A DNA stretch of 64,000 nt from the IMG/VR virus record IMGVR_UViG_2778261224_000007; one strand, 5' to 3'. Positions 51,983 through 63,324 of the stretch are shown in pieces; the first letter of the stretch is position 1; every line of letters begins with the position of its first letter. Under the pieces are notes generated by a model. That model was not told the origin of the DNA, ran no database searches, and saw only the letters and a program-made list of their open reading frames with translations. The translations under genes were made by a program, and so were the position numbers. Source of the stretch: a virus (taxonomy: Duplodnaviria; Heunggongvirae; Uroviricota; Caudoviricetes).

Positions 51983-54900
51983 CTATATTTTTCCGCCTAC
52001 GCCTTTAAACTTCTCAATAAACGAGACGATTTTCTGGAAAACTGCCTGTTTTTTCGTTTTATATTGCGGATTTAACGGACTAAGTTTTGGTAATGTTTCG
52101 TTTAATTCTGTGCCATTTTCGGTGGCATATTCGCGTTTTAAAGACGTGCGAATATAGCGTTTTGCTGCATCTTCATTGAGATTTTCTTCTTTTATCAATG
52201 CTTCTGCTTCACGTTGCTGTTCGCGTTGAGCAAACGTAAAGAATGCGTCAATGATGCTGGCTTTGTCCGGTAAATCATCCAGGTTCGTTTGCTGAATAAA
52301 ATCGACCACCAGGCCCTCTTTAGCACGGTTCCCTAGGCTTGAACGAATTAAGCGTTTGACCTCTTCGATCATTTCGCCCTTGCCTTTATTTTGTCTGTTG
52401 TGTTCGAAAATCAGTCCAAGGATATAATCCAGGTTTATTTCCTGAGACTTCAGCAAATCGACCTCAAAAACTACGTCATCCCAGTCAGTGGTTGATTTCT
52501 CTTTTTTCTCAGCTTCTTTCTCACGGCGCTGCCAGTCGCGAATATCGTTATAGGCAGAACGATAATCCTGAATCTTGCGATCAGCAGGGAGACGAATTGT
52601 TTGCAATTTAGCGAACTTTTCATCATCCACATAATGCTCTGCTTTGAATTTTTCTACCGCAACAGGATCGCTAAGATCGATTTGTTGCAGGGCTTTTAGC
52701 GTGGCAAATTCATCATAGTTTTGCAGGATGTTCTCGGCACGCAGGTATTCGCCAAACAGTTTAACGAAGTCTTTCTTCTCTTTTTCACTTTCAATACTGG
52801 CAGGGTCAGGGAACCGTTGTTCCAGTTCTGAAACTACTGTCATAAAGCCGCGTTTAGCTTCACCAGTAGCAGCATCAGTAAAGCCTTCCATATACTCTGT
52901 ATAACTCTTTTCTAACACCACATTTTTGGTGTTTTTGTCACCAAACAGCGTTATGGCATCAATAGTTGAGCGTTCCAGATCCCGGAAAGTGACGATATTA
53001 CCGAAGGTTTTAGTAGCGTCATAAATGCGGTTGGTGCGGGAAAATGCCTGCATCAGGCCGTGAAAACGCAAGTTTTTATCGACGAATAGCGTGTTCAATG
53101 TTGGAGCATCGAAGCCGGTTAAAAACATCCCCACGACGATTAACAAGTCAACATCCTGATTTTTAACCCGCTGAGCCAGGTCCCGATAGTAGTTCTGAAA
53201 ACCCTTGCTATCAGTACTGAAATTCATTTGAAAATGGTCGTTATATTCACGAATTGCAGCATCCAGAAACTCTTTAGCACTGCTGTCCATTGCGCTGGTA
53301 TCAAAAGTTTCATCGGAAATTTCACCAATGGCATTTTGTTCTTCATTAGCGGCAAAGGAGAAGATTGTCGCAACACGCAGCGGTTTATAGGTAGCCGATT
53401 TATTAGCGGCTTCTTCTTGTAACCGTTTAAACGTCGCATAATAGGCTTTCGCGGCATCCACGCTGCTCACTGCCAGCATGGCATTAAAGCCTTTGGAGCC
53501 TGGGAAGGTACGGTGGGTTTTCTGGCGGAAGTTGTTCAGGATATATTGCGTGATTTCCTGAATACGCATGGGATGAAGAAACGCCTGCTGATTTTCAGCC
53601 GCACTCAGTTTTTTCTCGTCAGTTTCTGTCTCTAAAGACTTAAACTGTGGCCGCACATCGTTGTAGTCCACCTTGAATTTGAGCACTTTTTCGTCACGAA
53701 TCGCATCGGTAATTACATACGAATGCAATTCACGACCAAATACGCTGGCGGTTGTTTCTGAGCCTAAGGCGTTTTCCGGGAAAATAGGGGTGCCGGTAAA
53801 ACCAAACTGATAATAGCGTTTGAATTTCTTCTTCAGGTTTTTCTGCGCTTCTCCAAACTGGCTGCGGTGGCATTCATCAAATATAAACACCACTTGCTGA
53901 TTATATACAGGCAGGTCGCTTTCTGCTTTCATCAGATTATTGAGTTTCTGAATAGTAGTGACGATAATTTTGTTATCGTCCTTATCCAGATTTCGTTTAA
54001 GGCCTGCGGTATTTTCCGAGCCGTTGACGCTGTCTGGCGAAAAACGCTGATATTCCTTCATGGTCTGGTAATCGAGGTCTTTCCTGTCGACCACAAAGAA
54101 GACTTTATCAATAAAGTCCAGCTCTGTTGCCAGACGCGCGGCTTTAAAGCTGGTGAGGGTTTTACCAGAACCGGTAGTGTGCCAGATATACCCACCGCTT
54201 TCCGGTTTTGACCAGTTCTTCGCTGTAAAGGAACTCTTAATTTTCCACAGAATGCGCTCGGTGGCGGCAATCTGGTACGGTCGCATCACCAGTAGCGTCT
54301 GACTACTGTCAAAAACGCTGTAGTTCACCAGAACATTCAGCAGAGTATGTTTCTGGAAAAAGGTAGCGGTAAAGTCTTTGAGGTCTTTAATCAGCGTGTT
54401 GTCTGATTTCGCCCAATTCATGGTGAAGTCAAAACTGTTTTTATCGCGCTTTGTCGTGTTGGCAAAATAACGGGTATCGGTGCCGTTAGAAATGACAAAC
54501 AGTTGCAGATACTTAAACAGGGAATTTTCGCTGTTAAAACTCTCTTTACTGTAACGATGTATCTGGTTGAAAGCCTCACGAATCGCCACCCCGCGTTTTT
54601 TTAGTTCGATTTGCACCAGCGGTAAACCATTAACCAGGATCGTGACGTCATAACGGTTAGCATGAGAACCCGTCTGTTCAAACTGCTGGATAATCTGCAC
54701 CTTATTGCGCATGAGATTCTTTTTATCTATCAAATAGATGTTCTCAAGTCGCTCGTCATCAAAAATAAAGTCGCAAATATAGTCGATATGGATTTTACGG
54801 GTCTTATCCAGAATGCCATCGCTCGGGTTGTCCAGATACTGCTCCGTGAAACGCCGCCACTCGCTGTCATTAAACACCACACCATTGAGGCTCTGAAGCT

Positions 54901-55099
54901 GTTGTCGAACATTGGCCAGCATCGCCGACTGAGATTTTACGGATATAAATTCATAGCCCTGATTTCGCAGGTCCTGAATCAGTTCACGTTCCAGGTCCGA
55001 TTCGCTCTGGTAGCTGTCGCCTGTTGGCTCAGCTTTGATGTACTTATCAAGAACGATAAAGTTATTGGATTCAGCAATGGTGTGTGTCTGATGAGTCAT
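51983..55099 (-). CDS. hsdR: Type I restriction enzyme R subunit (helicase/endonuclease)
   Basis: 1038 aa; SF2 helicase motifs; organisation typical of Type I HsdR. Confidence 0.85.
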   Translation of the reverse strand: MTHQTHTIAESNNFIVLDKYIKAEPTGDSYQSESDLERELIQDLRNQGYEFISVKSQSAMLANVRQQLQSLNGVVFNDSEWRRFTEQYLDNPSDGILDKTRKIHIDYICDFIFDDERLENIYLIDKKNLMRNKVQIIQQFEQTGSHANRYDVTILVNGLPLVQIELKKRGVAIREAFNQIHRYSKESFNSENSLFKYLQLFVISNGTDTRYFANTTKRDKNSFDFTMNWAKSDNTLIKDLKDFTATFFQKHTLLNVLVNYSVFDSSQTLLVMRPYQIAATERILWKIKSSFTAKNWSKPESGGYIWHTTGSGKTLTSFKAARLATELDFIDKVFFVVDRKDLDYQTMKEYQRFSPDSVNGSENTAGLKRNLDKDDNKIIVTTIQKLNNLMKAESDLPVYNQQVVFIFDECHRSQFGEAQKNLKKKFKRYYQFGFTGTPIFPENALGSETTASVFGRELHSYVITDAIRDEKVLKFKVDYNDVRPQFKSLETETDEKKLSAAENQQAFLHPMRIQEITQYILNNFRQKTHRTFPGSKGFNAMLAVSSVDAAKAYYATFKRLQEEAANKSATYKPLRVATIFSFAANEEQNAIGEISDETFDTSAMDSSAKEFLDAAIREYNDHFQMNFSTDSKGFQNYYRDLAQRVKNQDVDLLIVVGMFLTGFDAPTLNTLFVDKNLRFHGLMQAFSRTNRIYDATKTFGNIVTFRDLERSTIDAITLFGDKNTKNVVLEKSYTEYMEGFTDAATGEAKRGFMTVVSELEQRFPDPASIESEKEKKDFVKLFGEYLRAENILQNYDEFATLKALQQIDLSDPVAVEKFKAEHYVDDEKFAKLQTIRLPADRKIQDYRSAYNDIRDWQRREKEAEKKEKSTTDWDDVVFEVDLLKSQEINLDYILGLIFEHNRQNKGKGEMIEEVKRLIRSSLGNRAKEGLVVDFIQQTNLDDLPDKASIIDAFFTFAQREQQREAEALIKEENLNEDAAKRYIRTSLKREYATENGTELNETLPKLSPLNPQYKTKKQAVFQKIVSFIEKFKGVGGKI

Positions 55100-55220
55100 A
55101 GCGCATCCTTTGTGCCGTCTGGCAAGGGCCGGAAGGGGGGTAATGGTGACTTCCGGCGCGTAAAAAATAGTCTATATACTGACCGGGTGTTAAGGTGGTC
55201 CGATCGGTAGCAATGATCAA

Positions 55221-55847
55221 TTAATTACTGACAGTTTCAGGTTTCGGGAAACTGAACAGTAAATCACGGTAGTATTCGTATTGTTTCTGGCGCAACTCGA
55301 TTTCACGCGGAAGACCTTCGGTGATGGAGTTAGTCAGGGTGTCGAAATTATCCAGAATCCGAACGATTTCAGACTGGATGGCAAGGGATTTTTCCGGATT
55401 ATCCGGGCAGGGGATTGGGATTTTTTTTTGAGAATAATTACTAATCCATTGGCGTTTATGGTCTCCCTCTGCGAATTCACTTGGTAATGTATTGAGCCAA
55501 TAGTAAACATATTTCAGTAAGGTTTTATTATCATCACATGATGTAACCATTTTCATAGCCGATGATTTTGCCTTAAAGTCAAAATCCACCCATTTATTAG
55601 CGGTGGTGAAATCATCAAAAATTATTACAGGTGCCTTTGATGCCTGATAAATACCATGAGTCTCATTTGTGTATCCAAGAATAAATGTTTTTCCGGCAGT
55701 AAGAACCGGGATGGTATATGTGTCGTGATAATCTTTTGCTTTTACCAAATACTTTGTTGGCTGTTCATATTTGGTTATTTCCCCCAATGGCAACCACTCA
55801 ACCTCAACCCCATCCAGCAATTTTTCCAGATAACTTAACTCGCTCAT
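55221..55847 (-). CDS. hsdS: Type I specificity subunit HsdS, half-length (single target-recognition domain)
   Basis: 208 aa; one TRD followed by conserved C-terminal region ([22 protein letters not shown]); coupled to hsdM. Confidence 0.75.
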   Translation of the reverse strand: MSELSYLEKLLDGVEVEWLPLGEITKYEQPTKYLVKAKDYHDTYTIPVLTAGKTFILGYTNETHGIYQASKAPVIIFDDFTTANKWVDFDFKAKSSAMKMVTSCDDNKTLLKYVYYWLNTLPSEFAEGDHKRQWISNYSQKKIPIPCPDNPEKSLAIQSEIVRILDNFDTLTNSITEGLPREIELRQKQYEYYRDLLFSFPKPETVSN

Positions 55848-57406
55848 TTTTGCACCTCGCAGCCTTCAATTTCAGCCACAATCGCATCAATATCTTTACG
55901 CAACTGGTCGATTTTGCTGACCGTGGTTTTCAGCTCAGCATTCAGCTCAGCAATATCGATAATTTCGCGGTTATCTTTCGCTTCCACATAGCTGCTCACC
56001 GACAGGTTATAGTCATTAGCAACAACGGTCTCAAACGCGACAGATTTCGCCAGATGAGCAACATCTTCCTTGCTGGCAAATACCTGCATAATCTGTTCGA
56101 TATGGGTATCGGTCAGGATATTGTTGTTAGTCTCTTTTTTGAACAGTTCGCTGGCGTCAATAAACTGAACGTTGGTATCCGTTTTATGTTTGGACAGAAC
56201 CAGAATGTTTACTGCAATGGTGGTGCCAAAGAACAGGTTCGGTGCCAGTGAAATTACGGTTTCGACATAGTTATTGTCAATCAGATACTGACGGATTTTC
56301 TGCTCCGCGCCGCCACGGTAAAAAATACCCGGGAAGCAAACAATCGCAGCACGACCTTTGGCAGAAAGATAGTTCAGCGCATGTAGTACAAAGGCGAAGT
56401 CAGCTTTTGATTTGGGGGCCAGAACGCCAGCCGGGGCAAAACGCTCATCGTTAATCAGTGTCGGGTCATCGCTGCCAATCCATTTCACCGAATACGGCGG
56501 GTTAGAAACGATGGCATCAAACGGTTTTTCATCTCTGAAGTGCGGCTCAGTCAGTGTATTACCCAGCCTGATATCAAACTTGTCGTAGTTGATGTTGTGC
56601 AAAAACATGTTCATACGCGCCAGATTATAGGTCGTATGGTTGATTTCCTGACCGAAAAAGCCTTCTTCGATGATATGGTTATCAAACTGCTTTTTCGCCT
56701 GCAACAACAGCGAGCCGGAACCCGCTGCCGGGTCGTAGATTTTGTTAACGTTGGTCTGCCCGTGCATAGCCAGTTGTGCAATCAGCCTGGAGACGTGCTG
56801 CGGTGTAAAGAACTCACCGCCTGACTTACCAGCATTCGCCGCATAGTTAGAAATCAGGAACTCATAGGCATCGCCGAACAGGTCAATCTGATGTTCGTTA
56901 AAGTCGCCAAGCTTTAAGCCTTCAACCCCTTTCAGGACCGCAGCCAGGCGGGCATTTTTATCCTTAACGGTGTTACCCAGGCGGTTACTGGTGGTATCGA
57001 AATCAGCAAACAGACCTTTGATGTCTGCTTCTGAAGGATAACCGTAAGCAGAACTTTCGATAGCAACGAAGATGCTGTTTAAATCTGCATTCAGTCTGTC
57101 ATTGGTATTTGCTTTCGCCGCTACGTTGCAGAAAAGCTGACTGGGGTAGATGAAGTAGCCTTTAGTTTTGATGGCATCGTCTTTAATATCATCAGTAATT
57201 ACGCTGTCATCCAGTTTCGCATAACAGATACTGTCATCACCGGCTTCAATATAGCTGGAAAAATTTTCGCTGATAAAACGGTAGAAAAGTGCGCCCAGAA
57301 CGTATTGCTTAAAATCCCATCCATCGACCGAACCCCTGACATCGTTAGCAATTTGCCAGATTTGACGATGAAGCTCTGCACGTTGTTGAATACTTGTCAT
57401 TTTCAT
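55844..57406 (-). CDS. hsdM: Type I N6-adenine DNA methyltransferase subunit HsdM
   Basis: 520 aa; NPPY motif and AdoMet-binding region. Confidence 0.9.
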   Translation of the reverse strand: MKMTSIQQRAELHRQIWQIANDVRGSVDGWDFKQYVLGALFYRFISENFSSYIEAGDDSICYAKLDDSVITDDIKDDAIKTKGYFIYPSQLFCNVAAKANTNDRLNADLNSIFVAIESSAYGYPSEADIKGLFADFDTTSNRLGNTVKDKNARLAAVLKGVEGLKLGDFNEHQIDLFGDAYEFLISNYAANAGKSGGEFFTPQHVSRLIAQLAMHGQTNVNKIYDPAAGSGSLLLQAKKQFDNHIIEEGFFGQEINHTTYNLARMNMFLHNINYDKFDIRLGNTLTEPHFRDEKPFDAIVSNPPYSVKWIGSDDPTLINDERFAPAGVLAPKSKADFAFVLHALNYLSAKGRAAIVCFPGIFYRGGAEQKIRQYLIDNNYVETVISLAPNLFFGTTIAVNILVLSKHKTDTNVQFIDASELFKKETNNNILTDTHIEQIMQVFASKEDVAHLAKSVAFETVVANDYNLSVSSYVEAKDNREIIDIAELNAELKTTVSKIDQLRKDIDAIVAEIEGCEVQK

Positions 57407-57582
57407 CCACTTATTTCAGGCTTATGTAATTGGATGTGATTCTACAGCAACTTGGATGCTTTAGCAGTTCGGATATTAGGCTACGAATGACCTGCCTAGA
57501 GGTTTGTTAAGCCGCAAAGTGCTGGTGCTTTATGTCTGTGAAGTTTATAATTGCGTACACATAACGAGTACACGAGGTATTT

Positions 57583-57804
57583 ATGCAATCCATTAACTTC
57601 CGTACCGCGCGCGGCAACCTTTCTGAAGTGCTCAACAATGTTGAAGCCGGGGAAGAGGTTGAAATCACCCGCAGAGGCCGTGAGCCAGCAGTAATTGTCA
57701 GCAAGGCTACTTTCGAAGCCTACAAAAAAGCGGCGCTGGATGCTGAATTTGCATCCCTGTTTGACACCCTGGACTCCACCAACAAGGAACTGGTTAACCG
57801 ATAA
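57583..57804 (+). CDS. phd: Phd antitoxin
   Basis: 73 aa, recognised as P1 Phd ([39 protein letters not shown]...). Confidence 0.95.
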
Positions 57805-58184
57805 TGAGGCATATATCACCGGAAGAACTTATTGCGCTTCATGATGCGAATATAAGCCGCTACGGCGGCCTGCCGGGAATGTCAGATCCGGGTAGGGCAG
57901 AGGCCATTATCGGGAGAGTTCAGGCCAGAGTTGCCTACGAAGAGATCACCGACCTTTTCGAAGTCTCCGCCACCTACCTGGTGGCTACAGCGAGAGGGCA
58001 TATATTCAATGATGCCAATAAGCGTACCGCGCTAAACAGCGCGCTGCTATTTCTACGCCGTAACGGGGTGCAGGTATTTGATTCACCTGAACTGGTAGAC
58101 CTTACCGTAGGGGCTGCGACCGGAGAGATATCTGTATCTTCTGTCGCCGACACGTTACGTAGATTGTATGGTTCTGCGGAGTAG
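57804..58184 (+). CDS. doc: Doc toxin (Fic-family kinase)
   Basis: 126 aa, recognised as P1 Doc; overlapping stop/start with phd. Confidence 0.95.
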
Positions 58185-58188
58185 ATTA

Positions 58189-58368
58189 ATGGCACGTAAA
58201 TACAACAAGTTGTCCCGTGAAGCGTTAAAGATGCTTCTTGATGGCGTGAGCCGCCGCAAGGTAAAGCAATACCTGGTTGGTAAGCAAATTGGAGTCAGGA
58301 CCGCTATTGCTGTGTTATGCCGTCAGGAAATGGTTGTGCTTAAACAGAGAATGCCGGGCAGCAGATAA
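58189..58368 (+). CDS. small basic protein downstream of doc
   Basis: 59-aa ORF starting MARKYNKL. Confidence 0.3.
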   Translation: MARKYNKLSREALKMLLDGVSRRKVKQYLVGKQIGVRTAIAVLCRQEMVVLKQRMPGSR

Positions 58369-58395
58369 AGCCCAATCAGTGATTAAAGGTGTGAT

Positions 58396-59439
58396 GTGAA
58401 AGCCATAATTACTCCCTTTGTACAGAAAGAGCTTGGCCTCGCCACGTTCAAAGTGGATCAGGAGGTCAGAAAGCTGGTGGAGGCTGGCCGTAAATTTATT
58501 ATGGAGCCGGTGCCGCGTGAGTTAATCGAGCACATGGAAGACGGCCTCGTTGTTACCGAGCAAACCATGGCAACAAATGAGGCGTTGCAGCCGTTTTTTA
58601 ACAGCGATGAACTGTTTCGCCGTATTGGTGGAATTGACGCGCTGGTGGCGTGGTTGCGTAAGAAAGAGGGTCAATGCCAGGCCGCAGATCGTAGTTGGTG
58701 TGACAACCATATTGTCCACGCTGAACGAGACAATAGCGCGGTGTTGTTGTGCTGGCATCACGATAACCATTATCGGATGCGTGGTTTTAATGAGCTGAAA
58801 GAAACGCTGCACAATAATCGCGTTAACTGGATACTGGATGTCGCCCGTCAGGAAATGGGCCTTTCAAATAGCCATGATTTAAGTATTCAGGAGCTGTGCT
58901 GGTGGGCTTTCATGCGCAACATGATGCACCTGATGCCGGAAGAAGTCTGCCGCATATCAATAAATAAGATGAAGGCTACTCCGCAGGATAGCGGACCTCT
59001 GAAAGAGGCGGATATTCGCCCGTATGACGATCGCGCTACAGCATATGTTCAGATGATGGAAGAACGCGCCGCGCCGATGCGTGCAAAAGTATGCCCTGTG
59101 GATGTTGACTCCGACCCTGGCATGGCGCATTTCAAAATACCAAAACTGCAATCGCTAAAATTACCTGAGTACATGGACTTTGTTGCTTCCCGTCCATGCT
59201 GTGGGTGTGGAGCTGCGGGAGCTGGCGCTCACATTACGCCTCATATCGTTCGTCATAGTCGATTATGCGCGCATGACATTTACGCAATTCCTCTGTGCCA
59301 GTCATGCCAGCGTGATATTGAGCGTGACCGCGATAATTGGGAGAAGACGCACGGTAGGTTGGCGATGCATCAACGATTGTTCTTTGATTACGCGCTTGGA
59401 GTCGGCGCTATCACAAGTCACTCGTCGAACGTTAGGTAA
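58396..59439 (+). CDS. Cys/His-rich protein (possible zinc-binding nuclease-like C-terminus)
   Basis: 347 aa; C-terminal CCGCG...HITPHIVRH...C...CQSCQRD motif cluster. Confidence 0.5.
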   Translation: MKAIITPFVQKELGLATFKVDQEVRKLVEAGRKFIMEPVPRELIEHMEDGLVVTEQTMATNEALQPFFNSDELFRRIGGIDALVAWLRKKEGQCQAADRSWCDNHIVHAERDNSAVLLCWHHDNHYRMRGFNELKETLHNNRVNWILDVARQEMGLSNSHDLSIQELCWWAFMRNMMHLMPEEVCRISINKMKATPQDSGPLKEADIRPYDDRATAYVQMMEERAAPMRAKVCPVDVDSDPGMAHFKIPKLQSLKLPEYMDFVASRPCCGCGAAGAGAHITPHIVRHSRLCAHDIYAIPLCQSCQRDIERDRDNWEKTHGRLAMHQRLFFDYALGVGAITSHSSNVR

Positions 59440-59440
59440 A

Positions 59441-59457
59441 ATTGCTCTAATGTATTG
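59441..59457 (+). promoter_or_regulatory. C1 operator-like site (ATTGCTCTAATGTATTG)
   Basis: 14/17 match; upstream of the candidate late-activator gene. Confidence 0.5.
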
Positions 59458-59527
59458 CTATTTATTTAATCTATGGTATTATATTCCACGTTGATTAGTT
59501 GACATGGGCTAATCAGTAGGTGACAGG

Positions 59528-59980
59528 ATGTTACTTAACTGGCAGGGACGCCACTTCATGGAAATAAATCACTTACGAATAACATCGTATGAGATTGCGG
59601 ATTACATGATCCGCACCAAATCTCTTCTATCAGCGAAAGAACTCGCAGCAATCCTTGAAAAGGAATACCCGCATCTGGATGTCGATAAGCGCGACGTTTA
59701 TCTGCGCTTAAAGGCTATCGCTGTGTCTAAGTATTCGTCTGTTTTGATTGATGACAGTACACGCCCACGTAGATTTCAGATCCACTCTCTGAATCCTGAA
59801 TTCTTTCGCCGCAGCCGCGCGCCGCGCCGGTTTGATGAAAAACTCCAGAACGAACTCTATATGACGCAGGACGAAAAGGAACGCCGGGAACACCAGCCTT
59901 GGGTAATGGCGCGTCAACTTTTCAATAAGGTAGCCCGTCAGCACCGTCATTACGGTAATGCCACATCCGCACGTATCTGA
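59528..59980 (+). CDS. small basic regulator, candidate late promoter activator (Lpa-like by position upstream of pacA)
   Basis: 150-aa ORF. Confidence 0.4.
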   Translation: MLLNWQGRHFMEINHLRITSYEIADYMIRTKSLLSAKELAAILEKEYPHLDVDKRDVYLRLKAIAVSKYSSVLIDDSTRPRRFQIHSLNPEFFRRSRAPRRFDEKLQNELYMTQDEKERREHQPWVMARQLFNKVARQHRHYGNATSARI

Positions 59981-60065
59981 TTGATTGCTTGCCCGTTCCG
60001 GGCCTTTTGACATGTGACTTTCGTTACCCTCGCGTCAAAAAGAGTTTTTACGAAAGGAAGCATAA

Positions 60066-61259
60066 GTGACCTGGGACGATCACAAGAAGAATTTTGCTCG
60101 CCTGGCGCGAGATGGTGGTTACACCATCGCACAATATGCCGCCGAGTTTAATCTCAACCCAAACACCGCACGTCGTTATCTCCGTGCATTCAAAGAAGAC
60201 ACCAGAACAGCGGACAGCCGTAAGCCAAATAAGCCTGTCAGGAAACCACTAAAAAGCATGATCATTGATCACGCTAATGATCAACGTGCAGGTGATCACA
60301 TTGTGGCTGAAGTGGCTGAAAAACAAAGAGTTAATGCTGTTGTCAGTGCCGCAGTCGAGAACGCTAAGCGCCAAAATAAGCGCATAAATGATCGTTCTGA
60401 TGATCATGACGTGATCACCCGCGCCCACCGTACCTTACGTGATCGCCTGGAACGCGACACCCTGGATGATGATGGTGAACGCTTTGAATTCGAAGCTGGC
60501 GATTACCTGATAGATAACGTTGAAGCGCGGAAGGCCGCGCGCGCTATGTTGCGTCGGTCCGGGGCCGATGTTCTGGAAACCACTCTTCTGGAAAAGTCTC
60601 TTTCTCATCTCCTTATGCTGGAGAACGCCAGGGATACGTGCATTCGCCTGGTGCAGGAAATGCGCGATCAGCAAAAAGACGATGATGAAGGTACTCCGCC
60701 TGAATACCGTATCGCGAGCATGCTAAACAGCTGTTCCGCGCAGATAAGCAGCCTGATCAACACCATTTACAGCATCCGGAATAACTATCGAAAAGAAAGC
60801 CGGGAGGCGGAAAAGCACGCTTTATCTATGGGGCAAGCTGGCATTGTTAAGCTGGCATACGAACGAAAGCGTGAAAATAACTGGTCAGTGCTGGAAGCGG
60901 CTGAATTCATCGAGGCGCATGGAGGAAAAGTGCCGCCCCTGATGCTGGAGCAAATCAAAGCCGATCTGCGTGCTCCTAAGACCAATACCGATGATGAGGA
61001 AAATCAAACAGCATCTGGCGCTCCATCACTTGAAGATCTGGATAAAATCGCGCGAGAACGGGCCGCCAGCCGCCGCGCTGATGCCGCATTGTGGATTGAG
61101 CATCGTAGAGAAGAAATTGCCGATATCGTCGATACAGGTGGTTATGGTGATGTCGATGCGGAAGGCATATCAAACGAAGCATGGCTTGAACAGGATCTGG
61201 ACGAAGACGAGGAGGAAGACGAAGAAGTTACCCGCAAACTGTACGGGGATGATGATTAA
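60066..61259 (+). CDS. pacA: terminase small subunit PacA (contains pac site)
   Basis: 397 aa; N-terminus [28 protein letters not shown] recognised; acidic C-terminus; pac GATC clusters inside. Confidence 0.85.
60255..60420. promoter_or_regulatory. pac packaging site: two clusters of TGATCA/GATC hexamers
   Basis: 4 GATC at 60260-60297 and 3 GATC at 60390-60416, the arrangement recalled for the Dam-methylation-regulated P1 pac site. Confidence 0.8.
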
Positions 61260-62743
61260 TGGCCAGAAGTTGCGTAACGGATCCACGTTGGCGCGAGCTG
61301 GTGGCGCTATATCGTTATGACTGGATTGCGGCCGCTGATGTGTTGTTTGGGAAGACACCAACCTGGCAGCAGGATGAGATCATTGAGTCCACGCAGCAGG
61401 ACGGCAGTTGGACAAGTGTGACCTCCGGCCATGGTACTGGTAAATCGGATATGACGAGTATCATTGCAATACTCTTCATCATGTTTTTCCCCGGCGCTCG
61501 CGTCATTCTGGTCGCTAACAAAAGACAGCAAGTCCTTGATGGTATTTTCAAATACATAAAGAGCAATTGGGCTACTGCTGTTAGCAGATTCCCGTGGTTG
61601 TCGAAGTATTTCATTCTTACAGAAACGTCTTTTTTTGAGGTGACTGGCAAGGGTGTTTGGACAATATTGATAAAGTCCTGTCGCCCCGGAAATGAGGAGG
61701 CGTTGGCTGGTGAACACGCCGATCATCTCTTGTATATCATCGACGAAGCGTCGGGGGTGAGTGATAAAGCATTCAGTGTGATAACAGGTGCGCTGACCGG
61801 TAAGGATAACCGTATTCTGCTTCTTTCCCAGCCTACGCGACCTTCAGGCTATTTCTACGATTCACACCACAGACTAGCTATTCGCCCGGGAAATCCTGAT
61901 GGATTGTTTACTGCGATAATACTGAATAGTGAAGAATCTCCGCTTGTAGATGCAAAATTTATACGAGCAAAACTTGCGGAGTATGGCGGTCGTGATAACC
62001 CCATGTACATGATCAAAGTACGTGGTGAATTTCCCAAATCTCAAGATGGCTTTCTTCTTGGTCGTGATGAGGTTGAGCGGGCGACGCGGCGAAAGGTCAA
62101 GATTGCCAAAGGATGGGGCTGGGTTGCATGTGTTGACGTTGCTGGTGGCACAGGACGAGATAAGTCCGTTATTAATATCATGATGGTGTCCGGCCAGCGA
62201 AATAAACGCCGTGTAATCAACTATCGTATGCTGGAATACACAGACGTTACAGAAACGCAGTTAGCCGCCAAGATTTTCGCAGAATGTAACCCAGAACGGT
62301 TCCCGAACATAACCATAGCTATTGATGGCGATGGCTTGGGGAAATCGACGGCTGATCTAATGTACGAACGCTATGGCATTACCGTCCAGCGTATCCGCTG
62401 GGGTAAAAAGATGCACAGCCGTGAAGATAAAAGCCTTTATTTCGATATGCGCGCTTTCGCGAATATTCAGGCGGCAGAAGCTGTAAAATCAGGGCGTATG
62501 AGGCTTGATAAGGGGGCTGCGACTATAGAGGAAGCATCAAAGATACCGGTAGGGATAAATTCCGCAGGTCAATGGAAGGTGATGTCAAAGGAAGATATGA
62601 AGAAAAAACTCAACCTGCACTCACCGGACCATTGGGATACATATTGTTTCGCTATGTTGGCGAACTATGTTCCCCAAGATGAAGTGCTTAGCGTCGAAGA
62701 CGAAGCGCAGGTTGATGAAGCTCTGGCATGGCTTAACGAGTAA
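61259..62743 (+). CDS. pacB: terminase large subunit PacB
   Basis: 494 aa; Walker A-like GHGTGKS; coupled to pacA. Confidence 0.85.
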
Positions 62744-62746
62744 AAA

Positions 62747-62763
62747 CTTGCTCTAATAAATTG
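62747..62763 (+). promoter_or_regulatory. C1 operator-like site (CTTGCTCTAATAAATTG)
   Basis: 15/17 match; immediately after pacB stop, upstream of second icd/ant-like module. Confidence 0.65.
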
Positions 62764-62959
62764 TGTTTTTTGACTGCCGATGTTACATTGAACCTGACCT
62801 CTTGCGCCTTGAGGCATTTTCGGTTTATGCTTATCAGGCACCTCATTAAAACGGGTGCCGGGATTGAGACCCCGGATAATGTCAAAGGCGACACAGACGC
62901 CGAAAGCGTCTTTTTTTGTGTCATGCCATCGCACAGCCATACGTAGCGTTTAGCTCCGA

Positions 62960-63062
62960 AATCAATGGTAGTGCTGGCTGGGCTGCCGAAAGGCAGGCCG
63001 GTTCCCTTTGACGCCGGTAGTCTCAACCCAGTCAGTGCTACCGCCATTGAGATTGAGACCTC
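62960..63062 (+). ncRNA. candidate second c4-like antisense RNA / target region (boundaries approximate)
   Basis: GAAA-loop hairpin 62983-62996; complementary 7-mers GTCTCAA (63020-63026) and TTGAGAC (63053-63059), paralleling the first module with compensatory changes. Confidence 0.3.
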
Positions 63063-63102
63063 ACGCGGTAGCTCCTTAACTTAGTCAAAGGAGGCTGCCA
63101 TT

Positions 63103-63324
63103 ATGGCTACTGTCCCTACCCCAACTCATCCTGAATTCATCTGGCGCTTCTATTCCTGCCAGAAACGTCACTATCACTTCGTTATTGCACCGACAGAAGA
63201 TGAGGCCCGTTCTCAGCTTCCTGACGCTCCCTGCATTTTCTCTGCCCGCTTTTCCACTGATTCGCGCAACTCTCTCAGTTACTGGTGCCTCCCTGTTAAC
63301 GCTTCTGCTCAGGAGGGACTATGA
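63103..63324 (+). CDS. second Icd-like small protein
   Basis: 73 aa; shares EFIWRFYSC, HYHFVIA, TEDEARSQLPD and SRNSLSYW blocks with the ORF at 14335-14556. Confidence 0.6.
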   Translation: MATVPTPTHPEFIWRFYSCQKRHYHFVIAPTEDEARSQLPDAPCIFSARFSTDSRNSLSYWCLPVNASAQEGL

